DNA of 32,000 nt from an uncultured Alphaproteobacteria bacterium. GTDB taxonomy: Bacteria; Pseudomonadota; Alphaproteobacteria; Rs-D84; CACZYB01. This document shows, in pieces, positions 1 to 7,221 of the stretch. Location: NCBI GenBank assembly GCA_934246625.1, contig CAKQHZ010000001.1, forward strand, positions 480,001-512,000, given 5' to 3'. The position numbers and the translations under genes are program-made. Numbering within the stretch: position 1 is the first letter of the stretch; each line of letters starts with the position of its first letter. Under the pieces are notes generated by a model. That model made no database searches, was not told the DNA's origin, and saw nothing but the letters and a program-made list of their open reading frames with translations.

Positions 1-315
1 GCCAGCAACTCCAAGAAGAACAAGTGCAACGATTAACATAAATAATTTTTTCCAGTCAATGTCTCCTTTTTCGATAGCATTCCATGCATATCCTAAAAAT
101 GCAACAGCAGCAACAACGAATAATGCATTTCTTGTATATGCGAATAGTTGGCTTCCACGTTGTAAGAATCTTTCAAAAGGACCAGTTTTTCCGGTTGTTA
201 CAATCTCACTTCCAGTTTGTGCAAGAACATCAACAGGAACCATAAACATAAATGCAACTAAAATACCAAGACATACAAGTGTAGATTTTTTAGTTAAAAA
301 TTTGAATATTGACAT
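1..315 (-). CDS. TrbC/VirB2-like T4SS pilin precursor (partial; C-terminus lies beyond the window edge)
   Basis: Absent from the ORF track because it is open at the window edge. The reverse complement has ATG at 313-315, 8 nt downstream of GGAG. It reads MSIFKFLTKKSTLVCLGILVAFMFMVPVDVLAQTGSEIVTTGKTGPFERFLQRGSQLFAYTRNALFVVAAVAFLGYAWNAIEKGDIDWKKLFMLIVALVLLGVAG. That is a long signal peptide (VLA|Q) followed by two hydrophobic helices joined by a short charged, Trp-containing loop, which is the VirB2 layout. The + ORF 59-337 is its antisense shadow. Confidence 0.6.
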   Translation of the reverse strand, partial: MSIFKFLTKKSTLVCLGILVAFMFMVPVDVLAQTGSEIVTTGKTGPFERFLQRGSQLFAYTRNALFVVAAVAFLGYAWNAIEKGDIDWKKLFMLIVALVLLGVAG

Positions 316-382
316 TATTTTTTCTCCTATCCGTTAATATCTTAGACAATTATATCAAAATTTGTATGGTAAAGCAAGTTTT

Positions 383-997
383 TTATTTTGATGTGATGGT
401 CTTTGGTTTTGCATAATGAGGCTTTATATATAATGCCTCTATCTCACCTTGGATAAAGGTTTTTGGGTCAAATGTTTTATCAAAATATTTTAAAATTTTA
501 GGGGCATTGATTTTTGCAGTTATTATATTATCACCATTTAAAAAGTCAGAAATGATTGTTTGGTTTAAATCTATTTCCTCCTTTTTTATAAGTTTATGTG
601 GAATAGTTTCCAAACCATTTTTATCAAGTTGGGTAAAGTAGCAATCATTCCCGCCTGCATTAAGGGCAATATTGTATTGTGGTAAGTTTTTATCATTAAG
701 GCTGTGATATAATGCTTCGAAATTATTGATACATATCACAGGAGTGTTTGTTGCGATTAAAAAACCCTTTATTACAGAAAGTCCAAGGCGGATTCCAGTA
801 AATGATCCAGGTCCCACATTTACAACAATAAAATCCAAATCAGAAATTTTTGTGCCGTTAAGAGTTGATGAAATTGCATCAATTATTTCTTCGGATTGGC
901 TTTTTTTTCCATCAGAAATAAAATCGACTATTTTATCATTATTTTTAAAACAAATTTCAAGTAATTGATTTGATGTGTTTATGTAAAGGGATTTCAT
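383..997 (-). CDS. tsaB: tRNA threonylcarbamoyladenosine (t6A) biosynthesis protein TsaB (YeaZ family)
   Basis: Has the VNVGPGSFTGIRLGLSVIKG motif typical of TsaB/YeaZ, at about 205 aa. The track ORF begins at a TTG (1015). I prefer the in-frame ATG at 997 (MKSLYINTS...). Confidence 0.8.
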   Translation of the reverse strand: MKSLYINTSNQLLEICFKNNDKIVDFISDGKKSQSEEIIDAISSTLNGTKISDLDFIVVNVGPGSFTGIRLGLSVIKGFLIATNTPVICINNFEALYHSLNDKNLPQYNIALNAGGNDCYFTQLDKNGLETIPHKLIKKEEIDLNQTIISDFLNGDNIITAKINAPKILKYFDKTFDPKTFIQGEIEALYIKPHYAKPKTITSK

Positions 998-1066
998 TAT
1001 TTTAATTGACCTCAATATTTTTTCTTATATAATAACAAAGAGGGAATAAAATTACAAGAGGGAAAG

Positions 1067-2023
1067 ATGTTAGAAAAATTCTTAAAACAAGAAACTTCAA
1101 AAGATATCTATACATTGCCGATTGGCAGTAAGGAAGTTGTTTCCTTTGCCACAACAATTTTTGAATTTGCATCTGATGCGATGTTAATCCTTGATGCAGT
1201 AGGTAAAATTGTATCAGTTAATACAGCCCTTTGTAATTTGATTGGTGATGAAAAGGAAAATATCGTTGGAAAAATTCCAGAATTTTTATTTGGAGGACAA
1301 AGCGATATTTCATCATATAAAAATTTTATTCGTGATTTGGTGATAAATGGTTATTGGTCTGGGCAAGTTTTTGCACGAAATAAATTCGGTGCGGTTGTGC
1401 CAATGGAACTTCATTTTTCAGCAATTTATAATGATGTAGGTGAAGCAAATCATTATGTGGGTATTTGTTCTTCTATTTATTCATATATTTCAAAAATGAA
1501 TGAGTTGCCTTTTGATCCGAATATTGACCCACTTACAAAAACATATAATTCAAATTCTTTTTTACACAGGCTTGAACATAATATACATAAGGTGGAAAAG
1601 GATATGTCCGTTCTTTCATTACTTTATATTGATATTGATAAGTTTAAGGAGCTTGATAAAAATCATAATTATTTGACTGGGGATACTGTGCTTAAAAACC
1701 TTGGTCAATTGCTTATGGATACACTTGAAAAAAGTGATACTGTTGCAAGATTAAAGGCAGATATTTTTTGTGTAATAATCCTTGATATTTATACTCAAGA
1801 AAGTATTGAGGAAATGGCAGAAAAGATTTTCAAAAAGATAACGGCACCTTATGCTTTGCACGAAAATATAGAAAAGGTTTCTATTAGTATGGGGGTTGCG
1901 ACTTTTCCAATAAGTGGTGATAATCCTCAAGATTTGATTGCAGCGGCTGCGGAGGCATCTCAACGTGCCAAAGCCGAAGGGGGTAATCAAATTTGTTATC
2001 ACAAACGTTTGAATGAAGTTTAG
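1067..2023 (+). CDS. PAS-domain protein with a degenerate GGDEF domain (probably not an active diguanylate cyclase)
   Basis: The N-terminal half is PAS-like (FEFASDAMLILDAVGKIVSVNTALCNLIG...). The C-terminal half aligns to the GGDEF fold (DPLTKTYNSNSF, IDIDKFKELD, ISMGVATFP, AAEASQRAKAEGGNQ). The GGDEF signature is replaced by KADIF (1754-1768) and the I-site RxxD by EKSD. Confidence 0.75.
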   Translation: MLEKFLKQETSKDIYTLPIGSKEVVSFATTIFEFASDAMLILDAVGKIVSVNTALCNLIGDEKENIVGKIPEFLFGGQSDISSYKNFIRDLVINGYWSGQVFARNKFGAVVPMELHFSAIYNDVGEANHYVGICSSIYSYISKMNELPFDPNIDPLTKTYNSNSFLHRLEHNIHKVEKDMSVLSLLYIDIDKFKELDKNHNYLTGDTVLKNLGQLLMDTLEKSDTVARLKADIFCVIILDIYTQESIEEMAEKIFKKITAPYALHENIEKVSISMGVATFPISGDNPQDLIAAAAEASQRAKAEGGNQICYHKRLNEV

Positions 2024-2024
2024 T

Positions 2025-2813
2025 TTAAAACGTATAATCTGTATATTTGAATTGACGGCGAGCTTCTTTGTTGGCTTCTAGGATATCGAAAGCCTGTTGT
2101 TTTTTGTTTTCCAATGTAAGTTTTCCGTATTCGGCAGTAAGTCCAGTTGGAAGTTCCTCTTCCACATCTAAAAGCCATTGATTTGGTTCAACATTTGGTT
2201 CCCCATATTTTGATAAAACGAAATACCAAAAGGCTCTTCTTCGTTCGTCCCTTTGATATTGGAAATTTTTTGCATCGCCATATTTTTTATTTACATCATT
2301 TGTATATTCGACCTTGAAAACTTTGTTGTCTGTAATAGGGCTTGTAAAATAAACATTGATGTCTTCGTTTGTATCGTGTTTTTTGAATGAAACTTTATAG
2401 ATGTATTCCATCTTGTCCTTTTTTGCAAGACCCTTGATGCATGCCTTTAGATTTTCAGGGATAAAAATTTCATAAGAGCGACATATTGAGTCATAGTTGA
2501 ATGAAAAATATTCTGGAATTTTGTATTCTATATCAACAAGTTTGTATTTGCGTTCCTTTAATACTTCACGAACCTTTTTATAATCCATACCAAGCATTAC
2601 ACCAGATATGTCAAAAGCCTTTACACGTTCGTTTAGGTTTGAGGTGATGACTTCCTCTTGACCTTCTTCAACGTAATCTTCGTATTCTTCCTCTTCACCA
2701 TTATCACCAATATCTTCTACTGCGTATTCTTCGTCCTCCATATCCATAAATTCTTGGGAATATGAAACCGAGCTTGTGAAAATAAATATCAGTGTTAATA
2801 AAATTTTAAGCAA
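2025..2813 (-). CDS. Secreted hypothetical protein with an acidic N-terminal tract
   Basis: TTG start at 2813 with AAGGAG 6 nt upstream. Signal peptide (M)LKILLTLIFIFTSSVSYSQ, then a D/E/Y-rich segment (EDEEYAVEDIGDNGEEEEYEDYVEEGQEE). No motif recognised. Confidence 0.5.
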   Translation of the reverse strand: MLKILLTLIFIFTSSVSYSQEFMDMEDEEYAVEDIGDNGEEEEYEDYVEEGQEEVITSNLNERVKAFDISGVMLGMDYKKVREVLKERKYKLVDIEYKIPEYFSFNYDSICRSYEIFIPENLKACIKGLAKKDKMEYIYKVSFKKHDTNEDINVYFTSPITDNKVFKVEYTNDVNKKYGDAKNFQYQRDERRRAFWYFVLSKYGEPNVEPNQWLLDVEEELPTGLTAEYGKLTLENKKQQAFDILEANKEARRQFKYTDYTF

Positions 2814-2866
2814 AGTTTTCTCCTTCTTAAAACATTATAATATATACTTTTTGAAAAGTAAATTGA

Positions 2867-3712
2867 TTACTTTGTTTTGAATTCGGTGATGATTTCATTT
2901 ATTTTGTTTGATTTTAAAAGTTCACCTAATTTTATTTCAATAAAGTTTTTAAATGGATAAATTTCCTTATCTGAAGTGATTTTTGCAAATGTCTTTTTCT
3001 TGTTTAATGCCATAAAGTAATTTATTTTGTTTGGGTATTTTATTATTTTAAGGCTTTTGATTTTTGGATTATTTTTATTATCGTTTAGGTAGTTATTTAC
3101 AAATTCCATTGTGGAAATAAGAAAACTTTTGTTATTAAAAATTGTTTCCATAGCGGAGTTTATATTTGCAATTTTTATTGATGATAGTTGTAGGTTTGGA
3201 ATTGTGAAACCTTCTAATTCTATTGCATTATTTGTTTGTGATAGTTTTGATATTGTTTCAAATAAATCCTTTGAAATTGTATTGTTGTTTGGAATAGAAG
3301 ATTTATCAATAACAAGGACAATATTGTCAGTGTAGATTGGTTGAGAAATATAATCTAAATATTCAAGATTGTTTTCGTCAAATGTTATGCCTATGATTAT
3401 ATCAGGTGTGTTATTGGATAGGTAAAGCATAGATGTTTGTAATGCTTCGTTATAATTTGAATATGGTGTGTATTTTGTTTTTACATTTGTGTTTTTGAAT
3501 ATTTCATTAAGGATACTGTGGCTTGCACCATAAGAAGTTGAGTTATAATAGTTTTTATTTGATTTTATGTTAGGATTTAAAGTTTGCATACCAATAGGGG
3601 CTGTGTATTGAATGTATAGAGGTTCATTTGTTTGTGCAAAAGATAAACTACTTATCATTAAAAATATAAGTATTAAAAGATAGTTTAAAATTTGTTTGCC
3701 CCCTCGAACCAT
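2867..3712 (-). CDS. Periplasmic protein, weakly similar to family-3 solute-binding proteins
   Basis: Signal peptide MVRGGKQILNYLLILIFLMISSLSFAQ. The segment PDIIIGITFDENNLEYLDYISQPIYTDNIVLVIDK resembles the 'D.i..gmt.t.eR...vdFs.Py' region of PBPb proteins. Its start lies 2 nt after the upstream permease stop, so co-transcription is likely. Confidence 0.35.
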   Translation of the reverse strand: MVRGGKQILNYLLILIFLMISSLSFAQTNEPLYIQYTAPIGMQTLNPNIKSNKNYYNSTSYGASHSILNEIFKNTNVKTKYTPYSNYNEALQTSMLYLSNNTPDIIIGITFDENNLEYLDYISQPIYTDNIVLVIDKSSIPNNNTISKDLFETISKLSQTNNAIELEGFTIPNLQLSSIKIANINSAMETIFNNKSFLISTMEFVNNYLNDNKNNPKIKSLKIIKYPNKINYFMALNKKKTFAKITSDKEIYPFKNFIEIKLGELLKSNKINEIITEFKTK

Positions 3713-3714
3713 TA

Positions 3715-4827
3715 TTAACCATCCTCTTCATATAATAAAATCGTGATACATAAAAGTATTGTAACAGTTGGGATTGTGATGTTTGCAATTATGATAGGGA
3801 TTCTTCCTGATGTGCCGATTGCACGAACGACTTGGTCCATAAAAAATGCACCAAACCCGATTAAAATACCACCTGTAAGTTTGAATATAAGGTTTGCTTG
3901 GTTTCGCTTTGGTGATATTGAAAATATTGCAGAAATTAAAAGCATTGCACAAAGTGTTAATGGTAAGAATAATAATGTATAAAAATATGATAAATGTTTT
4001 CGTGCAGAGAAGCCTGATTTTTCAAAAAATCTTATGAAACTTGGAAGTTCCCAAAATGAAAAACTTTCTGGTTCAGAAGAATTTTCTTCGATTTTATCGG
4101 TTGTAAGCAATGTTGGATAATCGTATATATCAAATTCATCAATGAAAAGTTGAGGGTCAATCATCTTTACATTATTTAAAATAAGTTTGTGATTTTTAAG
4201 AATTGCAGATTTTGCCTCTATACGTTTTAGGAAATTATTTTTTAAATCAGTTATAAAAATTGTTAAATTTTTTGCGTTAAGTTCTACACCTTCCTTTTTT
4301 ATAAATTCGGCATAAATAAATGATTGGGTAAGGTCGGATTTTTCCTTTAACCATAAACCATTTTGTGAAAATAAAAGTGGGTTAGAATGTGTTATTTCAT
4401 ATTTATAACTTAGTCTTGAAATTCGTTTTTGTAAGGCCGAACCAATAGGGCTTAGGACAGTCATATTAAGTAAGCCGATTGTAATACATACGCCAAGAAT
4501 TGGAGTTAAAAATTGCCATACGGAAATTCCAATGGAACGAATAACGGTTAGTTCTGATGTCCTTGATAATTTCCAAAAGGTTAATATTCCAGCAAGTAAA
4601 ACAGATAATGGAAGTACCGTTGTAAGAGTGTATGATATATCAAGTAAAGCATATTGAATTGTTATGCTGAACGGAATATCCTTTACTTTGTTTGCAAATT
4701 TTTTGGAATTGTCGATTATTGAAAATAGGGCGATTATTCCAGATATGCAAAAAAATACAAGGCTGAATGACTTGATGAAATGGATTGCCAAAAATTTATA
4801 TAAAATATTATATTTCTTTATTTTCAT
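3715..4827 (-). CDS. LPS export ABC transporter permease, LptF/LptG (YjgP/YjgQ) family
   Basis: 370 aa. Three N-terminal TM helices are followed by a soluble beta-rich insert of about 150 aa and three C-terminal TM helices. RSIGISVWQFLTPIL is typical of the family. I cannot separate LptF from LptG by eye. Confidence 0.8.
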   Translation of the reverse strand: MKIKKYNILYKFLAIHFIKSFSLVFFCISGIIALFSIIDNSKKFANKVKDIPFSITIQYALLDISYTLTTVLPLSVLLAGILTFWKLSRTSELTVIRSIGISVWQFLTPILGVCITIGLLNMTVLSPIGSALQKRISRLSYKYEITHSNPLLFSQNGLWLKEKSDLTQSFIYAEFIKKEGVELNAKNLTIFITDLKNNFLKRIEAKSAILKNHKLILNNVKMIDPQLFIDEFDIYDYPTLLTTDKIEENSSEPESFSFWELPSFIRFFEKSGFSARKHLSYFYTLLFLPLTLCAMLLISAIFSISPKRNQANLIFKLTGGILIGFGAFFMDQVVRAIGTSGRIPIIIANITIPTVTILLCITILLYEEDG

Positions 4828-4869
4828 AATTCTATTTATACTATATTATTTAATAAAATAAAGACTTTT

Positions 4870-5751
4870 TTACACAGATTTAAAGGAAACAATTTTATCC
4901 TTGTCAACAATGGATAAAAAATAACCGCCAAGATATCCTGCAGTTCTTATATTTATTCCATTGATTGTTTCGTTAAGGGCAAAGATTTTGTCGTTAAGGT
5001 TGCTTATCGGATATGATATTTCCACAAGATGTAAAACTGTGCCATTGAAAATTGCAGTAGAATCAATTACTTCGTAAAGAGGTATTTGCAATCTGTGTAA
5101 TGCACTTTTAAGCCATGTGTTTGTGATTGTTTCTGATGTAGCAATTACCATTATACTTCGGTCAAAATTCCAATGATTTGAGCTGTTAGCAATAAGGTAT
5201 TCTGGTGTTTTGTCGTAATCTTCGATTAGTGGAATTTTGTTTATGATTTTTACATTTTGTTTTTCAGGAGCAAGCATACCCATCCACCAAACATCTTTTG
5301 GTGATGTTTTTGTTGCGGGAATTACTGCCATTAAGTTGTTAGAGTGGGTTATGTTTGAAATGATTTCGCTGTATTTTGAAAAGTATTTATATTTTATATT
5401 GTCGAAAAGTGGGAAAAGGTTGTTTATATAAGATGATGTTGATGAAAGTTCATCTTTTAACACAAGACCCAATTCAATATTTCGTGATGTTAAGTTTATA
5501 AGTTCAATTAAGCCAGAAGTTGTTGATAAAGTTTGTTTATCGTATTTACGTTGGCTTGTTATCTTTTCAATACTTAAAGAAAGGGATTTTGATAAATCAG
5601 ATATTGATAAATCAGTTTTGGTATTTAATTCAGCCATAAGTTCAGTTCTTTTTTTTATAAGGTCGTATAATGAAATATCAATTATATCTATTGTTGAATT
5701 GATTTCTTGTATTTCCCCTTCGTTTAAAGGTTTTATTTTCCTTATAAGCAT
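4870..5751 (-). CDS. Hypothetical protein with an AroQ chorismate-mutase-like N-terminal helix motif
   Basis: The N-terminus EIQEINSTIDIIDISLYDLIKKRTELMAEL resembles the CM type II helix 1 pattern (R..ID.ID..l..Ll..R..l). The remainder only vaguely resembles a degenerate prephenate dehydratase/ACT region (LMAVIPATKTS, IRTAGYLGGY). Confidence 0.3.
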   Translation of the reverse strand: MLIRKIKPLNEGEIQEINSTIDIIDISLYDLIKKRTELMAELNTKTDLSISDLSKSLSLSIEKITSQRKYDKQTLSTTSGLIELINLTSRNIELGLVLKDELSSTSSYINNLFPLFDNIKYKYFSKYSEIISNITHSNNLMAVIPATKTSPKDVWWMGMLAPEKQNVKIINKIPLIEDYDKTPEYLIANSSNHWNFDRSIMVIATSETITNTWLKSALHRLQIPLYEVIDSTAIFNGTVLHLVEISYPISNLNDKIFALNETINGINIRTAGYLGGYFLSIVDKDKIVSFKSV

Positions 5752-5885
5752 TTTCCTTCCTTAGAAATTTTACTTAAGTATTATATCAAAAAAAGTTAAA
5801 GTTGGAAAGAAGAATTTTTTAAATCGAAAAATTGTATTGTAAAATTTGTTATTTTAAGATAAATTTATGTATAAGGAGAGGGTAA

Positions 5886-6851
5886 ATGTCAAATGAAGTT
5901 TTAAATTCAGCTCTTAAATATCTGGCGAATTGGTATATGCAATCTAATATAGAAGAAGTTGCTGTAAATAGGGCTGGTGAAGTATGGCTTAGACTTCGTG
6001 GAAAGCGTGAAATTCCGTGGGTTATGGAGCCTGATAAACATTTATCAAAACAATATTTGACCGATATAATGAATATTATTGCAAATACTTATGAAGTGCC
6101 TTTTGACCCATCTGTGGGAATACCTGTTGTATATGCAACTTTGCCTGGCGACCATAGATTTTCTGGGATTGCAGGGAAAAATGTTTTATATGATAATGAT
6201 GATATAGAAGGGGGAATTGCCCTTGCAATTAGAACGAAAAAGGATAGTGTCGATTTTAATTTTGCCGATTATGGCCTTGTAAAGGGTGAGGAGCTTAAAA
6301 AACTTTCTTGTGAGGAGGAAGTACTTTCATCTGACCCATATCAAAGATTGATGGATTTTATTAAACGTGGCGACCATATTTTGATAAGTGGTGCAACTGC
6401 CACTGGTAAGACAACTTTTTTGAATAATATTTTGAAGTTGCTAAGTCCAAATCTTCGTGTGATTACGATTGAAGATTCAAGAGAATTGATTGTCCCACAA
6501 AAAAATCATCTTCATTTGTTGTTGTCAAGAACGACTCAAACAAATATGTTTTCATATAAAGATGTGATTGATTTAGTTGTTCGTATGACACCAGATGCAA
6601 TTATGGGTGGTGAAATTTCAACGGAAAATGCTGGTGCAATTTGGGAATTGATGGGAACTGGACATAAGCATTTCTATGCAACTATACATGCAGAATCTGT
6701 TGAAGGAGCGTATGAGGCCTTTATTGATAGAATTTTGCATACCTTTCCAGAATTGGATCAGGAAAAAACATTGGCTGAAATGAAAAAGAAACTTCACGTT
6801 GTGCAAATTGGTCGTGAAGGAAATATCAGAACAATTACAGAAATTGCATAA
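5886..6851 (+). CDS. virB11: T4SS ATPase VirB11
   Basis: AAGGAGAGGG RBS. Walker A ISGATATGKTTFLNNIL, then VITIEDSRELI and the PDAIMGGEI/His-box region (GHKHFYATIHA) typical of VirB11/GspE-type secretion ATPases. About 320 aa. Confidence 0.9.
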   Translation: MSNEVLNSALKYLANWYMQSNIEEVAVNRAGEVWLRLRGKREIPWVMEPDKHLSKQYLTDIMNIIANTYEVPFDPSVGIPVVYATLPGDHRFSGIAGKNVLYDNDDIEGGIALAIRTKKDSVDFNFADYGLVKGEELKKLSCEEEVLSSDPYQRLMDFIKRGDHILISGATATGKTTFLNNILKLLSPNLRVITIEDSRELIVPQKNHLHLLLSRTTQTNMFSYKDVIDLVVRMTPDAIMGGEISTENAGAIWELMGTGHKHFYATIHAESVEGAYEAFIDRILHTFPELDQEKTLAEMKKKLHVVQIGREGNIRTITEIA

Positions 6852-7211
6852 TTATTTACCAAAAGGTTTTAGTGAAAATAACACAACAAGAGGATTTTCA
6901 GATTCAATTGTAAGTGTTAGTGATTCATCTTCGCGTTTAAATGATATTGCATTTGTTTTTTCAGAAATTTTATTCCAACCCAATGATTTTAATGTTTGGG
7001 TATAAAAGTTTAAAAATTCATCTTTTGTTAGGGTTGCACTTGAAACATATTGTTCAATAATTCTTATTTCTTCATTGTCATAGGAGAATGGCTCTTCCTC
7101 GGTTAATGTGTCTTGAAGTGGGATTTCTTCGAATGCAGACATAAAACCTTCAGCCCTTGCACAAAGGGAAAATGTTAAACATAGTAAAATTGTAAATAAA
7201 AATTTTTTCAT
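6852..7211 (-). CDS. Small secreted hypothetical protein, last gene of the virB8-9-10 transcription unit
   Basis: AGGTGA RBS and signal peptide MKKFLFTILLCLTFSLCARA|EG. Starts 10 nt after the virB10 stop. Its stop codon directly abuts the convergent virB11 stop (6851/6852). Confidence 0.5.
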   Translation of the reverse strand: MKKFLFTILLCLTFSLCARAEGFMSAFEEIPLQDTLTEEEPFSYDNEEIRIIEQYVSSATLTKDEFLNFYTQTLKSLGWNKISEKTNAISFKREDESLTLTIESENPLVVLFSLKPFGK

Positions 7212-7221
7212 TTTTCACCTA

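Noticed and set aside
59-337. Plus-strand 92-aa ORF at the window start
   Set aside because: It has no RBS and an odd composition. It lies exactly antisense to a much better minus-strand gene (VirB2-like) that has an RBS, a signal peptide and a pilin layout.
2025-2050. C-terminal ...FKYTDYTF of the acidic secreted protein as an outer-membrane beta-barrel signal
   Set aside because: The rest of the protein lacks an alternating amphipathic beta-strand pattern and is highly charged. A terminal Phe alone is not diagnostic.
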